DNA of 63,913 nucleotides, counting the filler, from Octopus bimaculoides (taxonomy: Eukaryota): assembly GCF_001194135.2 (NCBI RefSeq). It is 9 parts of 8 records of this genome, joined end to end, with 100 filler letters (N's around TTAATTAATTAA, not from the genome) between each part and the next. Parts side by side here need not be neighbours in the genome. Positions count along the whole stretch, not along the records: positions 8,356 to 12,253 come from NC_068981.1; positions 12,354 to 38,301 come from NC_068984.1; 7 more parts are not named here. The stretch is one strand, 5' to 3'. Positions 12,241 through 26,989 of this stretch are shown piece by piece. The notes beneath the pieces were generated by a model. The model ran no database searches. It saw nothing but the letters and a program-made list of their open reading frames with translations, and was not told the DNA's origin. The translations under genes were made by a program, and so were the position numbers. The number at the start of each line of letters is the position of its first letter. Within the stretch, counting starts at the first letter, position 1.

Positions 12241-13212
12241 ATATATATTTATGNNNNNNNNNNNNNNNNNNNNNNNNNNNNNNNNNNNNNNNNNNNNTTA
12301 ATTAATTAANNNNNNNNNNNNNNNNNNNNNNNNNNNNNNNNNNNNNNNNNNNNAGGTACTCCTTTACAAATTATGTTGAATTACAGCAATCTAGAAATGC
12401 ATTTGAAAGAAATCCCACACAAAGCTTTACTAATGAAGTCTATAGCAAGAGATGATAAAAGAAAAAATATCTCCATCTTATATCCGGTCTTAATTAGATG
12501 TCCTAAAAGGAAATCTAAATGAAACACTCATTGCGTATATTTGTACACACACACACATATGTGTATATATACATGTGTGTATGTGTTTGTGTGTATTTAT
12601 TTATTCATATATACTGTGTATTCAGAGCCAAAGGCCATGAAAATAGTGTCGCAGGTAGTAGGTCTCTGGCGCATAACATGAATAGGAAATCTGTAATGTT
12701 AAGACTCCAATTGTTGTTTTGGAAGCTGTTTGACGTTCAAAATATAAACTTGGAGAATTTTAAAATATTTTTTGTTGCGTTTACAGAATCTATTTTCTTT
12801 CGTAACATCAAGACTTTTCCATAATATTCAAAGGAAATTTTGACTGCCTCCCCACCCACCACTTATTACTTCTTCCAAAACTTTCGATTTTTTCTTGAAA
12901 CAAGCCAGTAAATGAGTGTGCATGAACTGGGTTGAACTGTGAGATATAGCACACAAATACCGCTCATATTGCGTACTACGACGTTAAACACAGAATAATA
13001 TATTATTAAATGTAGTGTCTGATATACCAAAAATAGCTAATACCCAAGGTTTAGTGTATCATACTATAGGCATTTCTGGCAAACGTAGACAAGCAGTTAA
13101 AACAGAAGAAACTTCGATTACATTGAATACGAATTTTTGTAAATAAGCAGTGTATTTCATTCCTAAGCATGAGCGATAATATCATGTAGAAAAGAACATT
13201 ATACATACATGT

Positions 13213-13274
<62 letters not shown>

Positions 13275-16200
13275 GCATATATGTATATATATATATATAT
13301 AGGTATTGTACAAAATTGTTCAAATTTAAATTTCAATAACTAATAAACAAATAAAAAGGAAAATTAAATAGATTTGTATTGTGTAATGTACAATTAGAAT
13401 GAAATATTATATTCCATATACACGCAGTCGTTCAGATACAACCGCACAAATTCAGACAAACGCTTCCATATACAGGCACATGTAGCATATATACATATGA
13501 AGAGAAAGAAATTTGTGTGTATTTGTTTGTGTATGTATATGTAATCTATTTACACACACACACACTCACACAAACACGCACATATATGTACCTGTGTACA
13601 GTTGTGTATGTTTGTGTGAATGTGGAGAGAACTTACAATCGCATATATATGTGCTTGATGTTCATTGCTACTTTATATATGAATTTGTATTGAATAAATC
13701 TTAAGGATTTTCATCTATTGTACATGTCTCAGCCTTTAATATTATATTGCACAAAATTATATCTAACGAAAATTTGAAGCATGTAAACCATTCTCAATTG
13801 TAAATTTCCTAATAATATGATACACTTCATTTATATATCACTTTACAAATTGTAAGGTTTCACAAATTAAATACTAGTCTAATGATTGCTCTCAGCCATT
13901 GTATAAGTCCGTATCTAAAGCAATACATTGATTTGAAAATGAATGATTGTTAGACTGGAAATTCTGCATTATCTCTTACAGCAAATTATACACACATATG
14001 TAACTGTAAACTGACATAATCACGCACGCACGTACACACACACTCACACACGTACATTTGAACACTCATGGATTGTTGAACGTCTCTGTTTCAAAGGCAA
14101 AAATGATCTATACTCTAACTGTATGTGGTGTCGATAATGTTTGCTTTAGATCTCTATTTTCGCGGTAATACCAAGCACACAAAATACAACCTGTTTCGTC
14201 GCAAGTTCACGTTGGACTACGACAAAGTGTGCAGAGTTTAACGCAACTGACAGGCTGAATTTAACTACTTATTAGAGTACTTGAATTTAAGTATCGAAAA
14301 AAAAGAGAAACCGTGTGAACCTTTTAGGCTGTTGCTTGAACCCCGTAAATTTCACTTGTTAGCCGCACTCCAGAGACAAATGACCATAAGTTTGCTCTTT
14401 CAAACACAGCTATACATACATACATACATACATAACATGCATGAACAAATTTATGTTTCTGTTCCTTCAATTCAGATTGAATTTAATTAATGTCTCGACA
14501 GAAACATTCATCCCCCCCCCCCAGTTTTTCTTCGTCTTAAATATTTAAATTTGAATTTAAATAATTTCTCGAGGGAAACCTCAAATATTTCTTCCATAGC
14601 TTAACCACACAACACCGAGACGTCCCTGAATATTCTCGCCCCTTCTCAGCATCTCTCTCTTTCACGTCCTCCTATTTCTGTCCTCCTATCTATTTCTGCC
14701 CTCCTCTCTGAAAATAAACAAGTCAGTTTCTACTAACACCAATATTGTTTTATGTGTTTATATATTGTTGCCTGAGCCATATAAATCTCGCTTCTTGGCT
14801 GCGTGCTAAAGAAAAAAAGATCGTAAGATTTTCTCTTTGAAACATTGTTATAAATTCATACATAACATGTTCGAATAGTGTTTCTGTTCCTTAAAGTTAG
14901 AGTGACTTTATGTCTCGACAAAATCGTTTCACTCAATCTTACTGTTCGTAAATTTAAACTTTAATTTAATTAATGTCTCGATAGAAACATTTCTCTCAAA
15001 AGCTTCTTCTGTCCTCTCTCCTCCCGACACAACACAATCTCTTACCAGTAGCTTCCCTTTGACCAGCCAAACAACAGCTTTTAAGTCTATTAGAATAATG
15101 TGCCAGTGCACATATATGACATCCTATGCTCTTGATATATCAAATGAAAACCAATTCACACCCCTGTTCACCTTACAGAATGACTCCCCTACGTTGTTGA
15201 AAGCAGCAAAACTAGCAGGCTAAACACTACCAGTCTATTTTCTAAGGTCATAGAATGTACTCTAAACAATAATGACAACGGGTACCTCACCAGCGCAGTC
15301 ACTACTAGGATAAAAACAACAACGCCAACAAAGAAATTAGCCAGGACATTGAAAATAGTACGAAAGACAATAACGTCAAAACGAACAATAAAGTTTACAA
15401 CAGTGCTACCACCATCACTGACAATAACAATACAAGCAAATAATATTAGTACTAATATTAATATGCACTGGTTATGGCATGAAACTTCATCTAAATTTTG
15501 AGTCTCGACGTGGGAATAATAATAATAATAATAAACGAACATTCTAGAAAATTCTATAACTGTAATATCTACAATTTTGTGTGCAAATTTTATCTTTCTT
15601 TTCTCTCTGACTACCCGATTATGTAAACATGCTTTTATTGAAAACAATTAAGGAGGTATGCACCTGCCAATGTATACAAACTGCACAATTACAAAAACCG
15701 TAGACCATAGCAAACCTTACAAAAAGAAAAGAAATGTTTTTTTTTTTTAATTTAGAAATTCAAAAATCCAACATGGTGAATATCAGTGGTCCGTGGGAAG
15801 AGCCATTTTAACGATGCGTCTTGCCCTACTCTTCGAAACGCCTGTGTTAGAATGGGGGTAGCTGATGAAGGAAAATGTTCTCTATGTGGCCTGCGTGTGT
15901 TTTGTACTCTGGTTATTATTATTTTTTGTCTACGTTTTGTTTGCAATGTCCTGTACCCAGATATGCACCGATATATACAGGTAGACGTAGGTATGCACAT
16001 ACCTGTACGTATATATGCATATACTCATTTATTATTTGTGTTATATATATATATAACTACTTTTTCTATCAGTAATTAAAAATAGAACAAGGTGAACTGG
16101 TTCTTTTCAATGCCAAGATCAACGCTCTCATTTACCGCTAGTAGTAGTAAACCCATTTGACCTCTGCTTATCCCAAGGGTGTGAGGCCTCTTTTGTCTCC

Positions 16201-16699
16201 TAATAGAACAGGAATACCCATTGCTGATCTCTTCACCATGTGTCGAATCTATTTCCAGACCTGTGGAATTTAATCTATTCACCAAGCTGATTTTCCTGCT
16301 CTTACTATTCGCTTAAATTTTCACATATTTATGATTATCTCAAGTACAAGACAAAAGCCGAAACTAAACAACATTCAATAATACCTTCTAATAATGAATG
16401 GAGATAATAACAATGATGGTAATAATAGTGATAGTAACAATAATGACTATAATAATGATTTAGCTAAAACTCATGTCGGATCAGAGGAAATATTAAACAT
16501 AACAAATAATGATAAAATGAAAATAATAATATCATTGATGATGATAATAATAGTAACGAAAGAAAGCAGTTGGAATCTTCGTAAGCTCTCATTCATGATG
16601 CATCTAGTGATGGTGTCACAATGACAGCACTGTTAATTGCGCAACTTGATAATCATTACCTCATACGAGTGACAATGGAAATACAAAATATTGTGAATA

Positions 16700-17561
16700 A
16701 CTTTGATAATGAAACTGAAGCCCTTGGTGATAACTGTGATACACTCGGTAGGCTCAGAGATCCTGATCCAACTGCATCCTGTAGTTATCCAGCAAGGGAC
16801 CAGCACACACGGAGTAGATGGAACAAACAAGTCAATGATATGGTCATGGTGGGTTGCTATCTGAGCAACACTGTAAACGAAAATGGTGTTTATCTTAAGG
16901 GATACCGACAAAGTATGTATGATCAATGGAAAGAAAGAGGATTGTTTCAACAACTACAAAACTTCCGACACTCAGAAATGCAGAGTCTTTGACAATAATA
17001 TGGAAAATATAACCCTCCTGGTAAGTAGATTTGTACTCCATGCACAAAACGAATGCAAAAGCCGTTATGATAAATCCGTTTGTACCTAGTAAAGTAATGC
17101 AGGAGGATGGGAAAGCAATGATATTCTGTGATGAATTTTCTAAATGACAGGGTAACTGAGCATCTCTGACAGGAGATAGTCGAACTAAGCAGAAAAGAGA
17201 AATACTGTCAAATCCTTTGCATATCATTGTCAAAGTACATGAATATTGCGAAGCAAGCGGCTGAAATATATTACCAAGTACTCCGTATTGAAAGTCGTGA
17301 CTGGAATGCGAGAACCTTAGGTGAAGGTGATATCAGTTGCGATCTGCGCATTCGAGCCAATCGCATTGAAAATTGAAGATTCCTTAAAGCGGTTGGGAGT
17401 ATCATGGTAGATTGGTCTTACACGAAAATAAGCTACGCAAGTTACTGCGCACGTTTGAATGGAAATGTTATCTGTATGTGGTCTCTCTTGTGTTTTGAAA
17501 GGTAACTATTACTCCTGTGCATTTGCCGTCAACACTGCGTAAAAAGTAACAGCAACAACAA

Positions 17562-17635
<74 letters not shown>
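16700..17635 (+). mobile_element. Internally deleted Dong/R4-like LINE: ORF N-terminus joined to REL C-terminus, with (TAA)n at the 3' end
   Basis: RSRWNKQVNDMVMVGCYLS...KGYRQSMYDQWKERGLF resembles the Dong/R4 N-terminal region. From ~17275 it reads YQVLRIES...VKVISVAICAFEPI...IGLTRK*ATQVTAHV (cf. KYQDLRIEI..LW...VKVIPVVIGALG...LQK.ALLGTARIL). (TAA)n starts at ~17565. Confidence 0.7.
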
Positions 17636-17897
17636 NNNNNNNNNNNNNNNNNNNNNNNNNNNNNNNNNNNNNNNNNNNNNNNNNNNNNNNNNNNNNNNNN
17701 NNNNNNNNNNNNNNNNNNNNNNNNNNNNNNNNNNNNNNNNNNNNNNNNNNNNNNNNNNNNNNNNNNNNNNNNNNNNNNNNNNNNNNNNNNNNNNNNNNNN
17801 NNNNNNNNNNNNNNNNNNNNNNNNNNNNNNNNNNNNNNNNNNNNNNNNNNNNNNNNTTATTATTATTATTATTATTATAATTATTATTATTATGGTA

Positions 17898-17938
<41 letters not shown>

Positions 17939-17956
17939 ATTATTATTATTATGGTA

Positions 17957-18010
<54 letters not shown>

Positions 18011-18229
18011 TTTCCACTACCGGCACAATGACTGAAATTCGTGTGAGTGGGCAAGCCGACCACATACCAGTACTGAATTGTTACTTATTTCATCGAACTC
18101 CGGGAAAATGAAAAGCAAAGGGCGCTTCAGCAGAATTTCGACTAAAGACAGATGTATTACGTTTATCATCGCAACTTTCTTTTATTTCGGGCCGGTTGGT
18201 GTGTGTTGAAGATAAATTCATTGAAGATA

Positions 18230-18760
18230 ATTGTTAATTTACATTTGGTTGGTATGTTGTAGTTATTCATACGGGTTTTCTCTTTCTCACTTCTAACTGT
18301 TTATGTATGAATCCCTAGAGTGGATATTGTATAATAGTTTTCTAGTTGCATAAGTCCACGATGTCTTTTTGTGAATGGTAAATATAATTTTCTCGATCGG
18401 ATTTTCGCTGGCGTGTTCTACATAGTCATTTTTCTTGCGCTGTTTGGTCTGGGTATATCATTTAGCGCTCAGCTAAGGACATCATAGCAATAATTCATAA
18501 GTGAGACAATGCAGTATCGATACTTATTACGTTTTTTTATGCATTAGTCTCGTGCGTCTATAATATTCCTTCCGAAACATTTCTTCCATATGTTGCACTG
18601 ACTCTAATATATTCGTAAGTATTTGTGGGTTTGTTTCCTTCGTAATTTCTCTATCTCTGTTTCTCTATCTGGCATGATATTAGTATTTTAATTCCATCGT
18701 TCAAATTTATTGTATATTTCTGAAGTGAAACTTAAACTAGCGTATATGGTAAATCCGTGT
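18230..18760 (-). mobile_element. Decayed Dong/R4-like LINE fragment (post-RT region)
   Basis: Minus strand contains pieces reading MEEMFRKEYYRRTRL and KLYLP..KR.RGLMQLENYYTIS. Confidence 0.5.
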
Positions 18761-19259
18761 TTTTTGGTGGGGCTAAGAATATTTATAGCAGCTCGTCACT
18801 TGCAATGTACAACAGATACTCTATATGCAAAATGTAGTTGAGTTTCCCCTCATAATATTTGTATCTGTGGGCAATCTGATTTAATATATTTATTAAACGT
18901 GTAAGCACGAGATAGAAACATAGAATGGAGAGAATGATACTCCCTTGGAATATGCCTCCTGTAATAGAAATTGGATTACTTTTACTAATTCCTATATGTA
19001 TGTGTTATCTACAGATTTGTTTGACATTTAAAATGCGATCACTAAAAGGAAATATGATGTGGAAGAGAGTATTATACTTTTACTAATTCTTTCTATGTGC
19101 GTATGTAGATGCAAGCAGACAACAATACCCTCTCAGTTCTCCTAGCTTGACTTACTGGTATGTCCTTCAGCGTCATCGTCGGCTCTACCTCACATTCAAG
19201 AATTTAGTTTCTGCTTTGCAGAAAGTTTCCTTTATGGTGATGATATATCTATCATATAA

Positions 19260-19469
19260 GGCGGCGAGCTGGTAGAAACGTTAGCACGCCGGGCGAGATG
19301 CTTAGCAGTATTTCGTCTGTCTTTACGTTCTGAGTTCAAATTCCGCCGAGGTCGACTTTTCCTTTCAGCTTTTCGGGGTCGATAAATTAAGTACCAGTTA
19401 CGTACTGAGGTCGATCTAATCGACTGCCTCCTCTCCAAAAATTTCAGGCCTTGTGCTTAGAGTAGAAAG
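19260..19469 (+). mobile_element. tRNA-derived SINE family A, near full length
   Basis: A-box-like GGCGAGCTGGTAGAA, B-box-like GAGTTCAAATTCC, body ending GGCCTTGTGCTTAGAGTAGAAAG. Other copies at 1125, 11020, 48446 and 61950. Confidence 0.85.
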
Positions 19470-20057
19470 ATATCGCTATCATGTGACAGCTAATGGAAAA
19501 GAGAGATGATAGAGCATTGAGCTGGGTACTCATTTTAAGTTAAACGAACTGGTGCAATATGAAATAAAATGCCTTGCTCAAGGGAGCATCGTACCGCCCG
19601 GTTCAAGAATCGACCCGGCAATCTTTTGAACATAAGCTTAACAACCTTAATCATTAGTTTTAATGCAACTGATTATTATTGGCGTTAGCTTATTCAAGAC
19701 CAATGTATCCAGGAGCCATGTTGAGCGAATTTTCAAATTCCTTCATGTTGTTATTTCGTTTTGTGCTTTTACTTCCTCTTTTTAAAATTTTCAGTTATGA
19801 CTTTATTGATCAATATAAAATTTTTATAGTTATATCAGATTTGCAATTTCAGTTACCTTTCTGCACTCCTGGTGAGATATTTATTCCTGCAAAATTCTTT
19901 CTCAGTAAAACTCTATGCTTTGTAGGAAAGCAGGTTATGTGTTAGTAGCTTTTACTGTATACTGCTTCAAATATACTTGGGATTAAACATGGTTTTTCAG
20001 TCAATGTGTCAGCCAGATGCTGTCCCTGTCTCCTCTAGTATCTCAACAAGCATCTTA

Positions 20058-20468
20058 TTCTTTTATACTTTTACTTGTTTCAGTAATTTGACTGCAGCCA
20101 TACTGGAGCACCGCCTTTAATCGAACAAGTCGACCCCAGGATTTATTCTTTGTAAGCCTAGTACTTATTCTATCGGTTTTCTTTGCCGAAACGCTAAGGT
20201 ACGGGGACGTAGGCCCAACAACACCGGTTGTCAAATGATGGTGGGGTAGGAAACACACACACACACACACACACACAAATATACACACACATATATATAT
20301 ATACGATGGGCTTTTTTCAGTTTCCGTCTACCAAGTCTACTCACAAAGATATGGTCGACCCGAAGCTATAGTAGAAGACACTTGCCCAAGGTGTCACGCA
20401 ATGGGACTGAACCTAGAACCATGTGTTTGGGAAGCAAGGTTCTTACCACACAGCCATTCCTGCGCCTG
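20058..20468 (-). mobile_element. tRNA-derived SINE family B with an internal (CA)n(TA)n microsatellite
   Basis: Minus-strand head AGGCGCAGGAATGGCTGTGTGGTAAG...GGTTCTAGGTTCAGTCCC...CCTTGGGCAAGTG. Homologous copies at ~8830-9006, ~11950-12110, 46040-46353 and 62200-62627. Confidence 0.85.
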
Positions 20469-21213
20469 TGTGTATATAAGCATTTGAACTAGAATTTGAG
20501 AACGGATAAACAAATATATAGGTACGAATTTCTATGGACTGACATATTATATATTCAAAAGTATAACTTAGCATTTAGCATAAATTGTATATAAGCAAAC
20601 GCTCATACGACACTGAATATACATTTCAGTTTTATATAAACACACAATAGACAATAAAAATGTGTATATGTTTATGCATCCATGTGTGTATGTTTATGTG
20701 TGTCTACACACATGTGCATATCAGTGTGTTTTTTTATACACATATTGAACTATACATAAATATATGCATACATATATACACATATTCACCCAAACACACA
20801 CACACACATACACACACATGCACACGCACACACACACACACGCACACACAAGCATGCATACACAACACACACACATATATAGATATACATACATATATGC
20901 GCATATATCGATAAACGTGAACGTTTATATACATACAGACAGGCGCAAAATTACACATGCACACACGTATGACTCATTGTCAACGTAACTCAAATCTCGG
21001 GCATGAGCCAGTTGCAACATTTGACCTATAGTAACATAGGGCAACCAAAAGGCCAATTATTTTAAGAGAAACCACTTCACGTGTGAATCTCCAGTGACAG
21101 ATATATAAATCAGCGAACAGTATTACAGTATTGTCAAAACCTATATAGCAGGAAGTAAGTAAACAACAAACACAAAGTTACAAAAGCAGCAAACGCATGA
21201 ATATCAACAAGAA

Positions 21214-21690
<477 letters not shown>

Positions 21691-21719
21691 TTCTTTACTG
21701 CTGTCACTGCTAACTATGA

Positions 21720-23450
21720 AACTCACAGAACATCAAGGAGGAAAACCTAAACACGATTTTACAAAACATCAGAAAGAAAATATATGTATGAATCAACCAG
21801 TACCAGAAACCAAAGAGGGTCCTACTGCGTGAAACGAAGAACCCCACAACCCCACATGAAAGACAAAGATTCATGGCACTTCAGACAAGAATATCACCTA
21901 GTAAACCATGCCTGTAGCAAACGCTTTTACAACAAACTCTAGTGGATAAAACAGCAACAACAACGTTCTCAGCATGGTAAGAATCAACTCAGATACCCAA
22001 ACTATATCGACGGGATTGTCATGTCGGAATGTGAACTACAAGAGGACTTCGGCAGAGGGCACCGAAAAATAATGCCACCACCACCACCACCACCACCACC
22101 TTCAACAACAACGAGAATTACACCTCTGGAATATACAGTGTAAGTACAGCCAGATGAGGATGAAATGTGTGTCTTACGGTTACCACAAAAATTCGCTACA
22201 TATAAGGTCAGAAAATTTGCTTGTCGATCTGTGGTTGAAAAAAACGTTCTTAAAAAATAAGATGGAAGTTAGGACAATACAACAACAGCAACAACACAAA
22301 TATACGAAACCAAAACAACAACAATGAAATGACAATGTTGACAACAATAATAATAATAACAATAACAACAATGATAACCACAACATACCCCGCACAAACA
22401 ATTGTAACAAAAATAACAATACAATCATACAAAATCAAACAACAACCATTATAATAATAGCTATAACAACAACAACAACAACAACAACAATGACGATAAC
22501 AGCAATAGCTGCAACACACCACACACAGAAAACAATAACAAATACATCATCCACACCGTCACCAACACCAATACCACCCACAACAATAATAACAACAACC
22601 ACAACAATAACAATGAACACAACACAAGCACGACCACCACCACCAACAACAACAACAACAATGCCAGAAACCCGTAACAGCAACAATCACAACTGTCTTG
22701 AAATTAAACACAAAGGGTGATTGCATTATCACCGATAGAATACAATACCACAAAGATATATTCCAAGGAAACAGCCTCTCTGTAATGTTGCTTATACTTT
22801 CTGTAAACCCCTCGTCATTCATGTTAAGGAAGTCTGAAGGAAATCTCACTGGTCCACAAGGAAACACAAATACCAAATTTACACGCTGTTTCTTTGTGGA
22901 TGACGTAAAACTTTATACAAATAATATGCATGAAATGAAAAAGAGCCTTGACCTAGTTACATCATTCTCAAAGGATGTAGGGTTGGAGTCTGGTAGGATA
23001 AATGTTATTGTATGATTGTGAAAAGGGGAAAAACTATAAACCAGACTAGTAACATCTCCATCATTGATTTGGCTGTTTCCTCTGTATTTGATGAGGAATT
23101 TTACAGGTATCTAGGGCGGGATGGAAATATATCTTACAATGGCACCTATAACAAAACGCATGTCACTAAAGAATATTACAACCGAATACAGAAACTTTGG
23201 ACTTCAGAACACTCTGAATTCAATAAAGCAGTAGTTCACAATGTGTTTGCAGTGCCAGTACCCATACCAACAATTGGGTTACTTGATTGGACGCTTGATG
23301 AGATCCGAGCCATTGATGTGAAAAATCAAAAAATACTAACAAGCACACTGCGACAACCTAAAACGAAAACAAGGCGGCAGAGGCTTAAAATCGATCCAAA
23401 ATGCCTTTAAATGCCGCATAATATCTCTGCGGCAACATCTTTTAACCAGC
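21720..23450 (+). mobile_element. Decayed Dong/R4-like LINE with RT domain, interrupted by an (AAC/ACC)-rich tract at ~22260-22690
   Basis: DIFQGNSLSVMLLILSVNP (cf. GIFQGDSLSPLLF), FFVDDVKLY (cf. FMDDLKLY), YRYLG, KEYYNRIQKLWTSE, FAVPV..GLLDWT.DEI.AID.K. Confidence 0.85.
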
Positions 23451-23454
23451 AAGT

Positions 23455-23700
23455 GTCGAAGTGCATCTATTGGCCAAGTTTGTGCCTCCCCAACCAGTTT
23501 ATCCATGACACGAGCCAACTTTTCGCTAGCACCGTGGCCAAAATCTTCAGCTCTGCATTGAGCAGAGTGATGAGCCTGTAGTTATCTATATAGTCCCCCT
23601 TGTTTGGATCATTTCTTATAAGCACCACGACCCCCTGGCTTGCAGAACTAGAAACATTCCTGTTCTGTTGCGAGTTGACGTAGATGCTTGGTTTTTAATT
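23455..23700 (-). mobile_element. L1/Tx1-clade LINE RT N-terminal fragment
   Basis: Minus strand reads QGVVVLIRNDPNKGDYIDNYRLITLLNAELKILATVLAK..ARVMDKLVGEAQT (RT domain 1: N.RPI.LLN.D.KILA). Confidence 0.8.
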
Positions 23701-24879
23701 GTGAGGATAAAAAACACTATTGCATCGCAATTTTCTCATACATTTATGCAAACTCGCAGCTGAATTAGCCCGACGTGGATGCTAAGTTATTTGCTGTGCT
23801 GTTATTAGGGAGACTTGATAGGGCTAAAAATGTAATAATATACTTTACTATATCTATTTAATTTTTTACTTTCTGTGTTAAGATCCTACGGAAGTAGACT
23901 TTGATATTAATATTTCTGTGTATTTGAAATATATGTATTGTGTTGAAAGAGTGTCTTATTTTCCATTTAAATATTGTATGTTTATAATTGTCATGTCTTA
24001 TTCATATTAATAACTAGAAGCACAGATTTTCACCATATACCTATAATGCAGATTTTTTTTTTCCGAAGCTAAAATATTCAGCTAATTTGAAGCATCCTTT
24101 TATCTACATCAGCAAATGATATGACCAGTAACAAAGTCATTTTAAAGCAGCGACAAATTTGATGACATTAAGATAGATGGAAATGAACATGAGAATAAAC
24201 AGTACTGTGTTTGTTTAAGAAATAGCAAAGTACAATGATATCAGTAGCAACACTCCATTTAGATTAAATCTGAAATGATATATGATACATGTCAACATGT
24301 TTTTATGTGCAGAAACGTTATTGTATAAAATCACTGCTCAGTTCTAAATTTCAACTACAAAATAAAAGAAATAGAAATCAAATCCTTCGAAAACAATACA
24401 GACAGATACAATGGATTAAAATGCATTATATATTTTTGTTTTGGGATATAAACAATATTTGTATTCATTCCATAGTCTCATCAATGCCTTTCAAAAGTTA
24501 TGCAATATTTCGACAGAGACATACAAGGTGTTTGAGCTAAAGTTGATTGTTCGCATAAACGAAAAGAATACACAGTATCTCATTCCGAAATAAAAATATT
24601 TTTAAAACTGAAAAAAAAACTAAAAAAAGATATCAGCTAGATCATGGCTGGGAGATAATAGTTTATTCAACGTAACTGTCCTCAACTTCCACTACCACTT
24701 CAAGAAGGTATCTCTCGCATACAATCGTCACTGTATATTTGGGAAGGTCAAGTACGTTCTTGACATTGTCCATCAGCTCGGCTTTGGTATCGCAGGCAGA
24801 GCAGTTGGTATTTTTCTCAGCTGCACCCCACCCATAAAATCCATGAGATTACAATAGGAAGAAGTCTTAGAAATTATTT

Positions 24880-25670
24880 AACAACCAGTTCTGACACTTC
24901 CCATGGGTACAACAACGACTTGAGTCCTAGTGCCACACCTATGGCCCTCCAGTAGCAACCCTCTCGAGCCAGGTTTTCCCACAGTCTCCAGCAGCTTCAC
25001 ATAGTTGTATGAATTGAGCCTAAAGTCACTGAAGACACAGTGAAAATATGACATTTTTGGAGAACCTGGTATTCGTGATACGTGGAACATTACATGTATT
25101 GTAGGCAAGCTCCCTGTTGTTCTGGATTTCTGTGCAAGCCCCCTGTTGTTCCGGTGCATCTGAAAAACGCAGATGATCCCTGGCTCAACAAAATACCTCA
25201 ACTTCTGCAGGAGTTGCTTTGTCTTCGTCATGTGGTTTTGCTTGACTTTGGCCTTTAGAATTTGTCCCTTGCATCTCTTGCACGAGTGGTAGCGAAATTC
25301 CTTATTCTTCACCAGCTGCATGGTAGCGACTCCATCACTCATATCTCTCGCCAAAGACTGGATAACTTTGCTCGCATCTTCCATCAACTTGTCCTTTAGT
25401 TGTGGGATGAATTTTAGCTTGCGGACGCATCCCGCCTGCTGGCCTCACCCTCGAGGTCTCAGTTGCAGCTGACTATGTCAAATCTCACATCTTTTACAGT
25501 GTCCACGGTGCATTGAACAGCAGTCATGATGTCGGCATTTTGATAGCATGTGCGAGTCATCAGGACAGATGTAAATATTTTCCTGTATTTAAACGGCGTC
25601 CAATCCTCTATGTCAGCTAACTTTCTAGAAACTACAACTTTCCTCTTTATGCTCACCAACACCGTTGCCT
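24880..25670 (-). mobile_element. Decayed REL-type LINE remnant: N-terminal ORF piece joined to a REL-like tail
   Basis: ORFs 25459-25662 and 24878-25387 are protein-like but disrupted. The tail GTRTQVVVVPMGSVRTG resembles the K.KVVPVVIG.LG REL motif. Confidence 0.4.
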
Positions 25671-26039
25671 ATTTACCATTATATCAAGCTGTTCCTGAAA
25701 TATGGAGACAAAATAATCGATAAAGTTTGCTTGAACACCGTATGAAGATATTAATACACTGAATTAATAATGGAATACCTAATCCACATACCAGCCATTC
25801 GCTCTTACACGCATACCCATGTACTTACATAACTAGATATAAATATGCTTCTATGCATATATGTAAGTATACGTGTGTGTGTGACAGAGAGAGTAAGAGA
25901 GAGAGAGAGAGTGTGTGTGTGTGTTGTGTTGAATCCAAAGTCATGCAATATTTTGCTAACTTATTTGCTTTATTCGTCTAGATGCCACAATAGCAGCCTG
26001 GTACAGCTATTGTCTTGTACTGTCTGAATCTATCTTTCT

Positions 26040-26750
26040 GACAGTTCTTTTATACAACCCGATACCAGTTCTTGTTCTTTGAGCTAAGAACTCTTTCACT
26101 GAAGCTTCCACCCCCTCTTGGTTCATGAAACCTCGCGAGTACAGGAATTGGTCCATGGATCAGAACAAGTAATAATCCGATGAAGCTAGTTGTAGACTAT
26201 ATGCTAGGAGTGGCATCAATTCGGTACCCTTAAGTTCCTGGAGTGTAGCACGAGCTGCTCGAACGGTATGAGGTTTTGCGTTGTCATTCTGCAAAATGCT
26301 TGCTTTCTGTTAAACAATGCCAGATATATTTGCCGCATGATGGCATACAGTTGCTCAACCTGTTCGGAGTACGAGTTAGCATTGATGGTTCAACGGTCTT
26401 GAACGACCTCGTAGTGGATTATCTATCTCCTGATAGTTCCACTAGATGCAGCATCACCTTGTATTTGAAGTGCCCATATTTGGTGTCAGGTTCCGGAAAC
26501 TGACTCCTGCTTAACCACAGCTTTCTCACTTTACGATTGCGGAAAAATATCACTCATATTACTTGTTCCAATTCATCGCTCACTTCCTCTGCTCGCGACG
26601 TATCATCAATCAAGTTGTAATAGAGGCCTCAGTGAAGGAGTTCTCTACATCGAACTGGGATCAGCTTGGATCAAAGAACAACAAAATTGGCTTCAGACGG
26701 TGCAACACTCTGGACATTGAATGTTTGGCTTCTTTTGCTGTAACATGACA
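26040..26750 (-). mobile_element. Mariner (DD34D) transposase pseudogene fragment
   Basis: Minus strand reads IIHYEV...TINANSYSEQVEQLY, QNDNAKPHT (cf. HDNARPH), YSLQLASSDYYLF*SMDQFL (cf. YSPDLAPSDYHLF), VEASVKEFLAQKNKNWY. Confidence 0.85.
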
Positions 26751-26989
26751 AATAAAGCAAATAAGAAAGCAGCACAATATTTATAATTGTGTGTGTGTCT
26801 GCTTGTGTCTGTCAGCGAATCTACCTATCTATCTAACTATCTATCTATCTATCTACCTATCTATCTATTTATCTTTCTATCTATCTATCTATCCAAAGAG
26901 CAGCCTTCCAAACATCACAATCAACTTTGTAGAATCTTCCCACTAATGATACACTAGCTTCTACACCCCGTATTTTCTACACCCCGTAT

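Noticed and set aside
13018-13060. SDIPKIANTQG resembling GDIPKIHGNNKG of P450 exon 1
   Set aside because: A stop lies a few codons upstream; there is no start codon or signal anchor.
15100-15700. Possible second Penelope-like RT thumb/linker remnant
   Set aside because: Too degraded; no intact diagnostic motif.
15830-15885. GAAACGCCTGT...CTGATGA as a permuted hammerhead ribozyme
   Set aside because: The cleavage triplet would be GUG and stems I and II do not pair convincingly. Probably a Penelope-like terminal remnant, but not supportable as a ribozyme.
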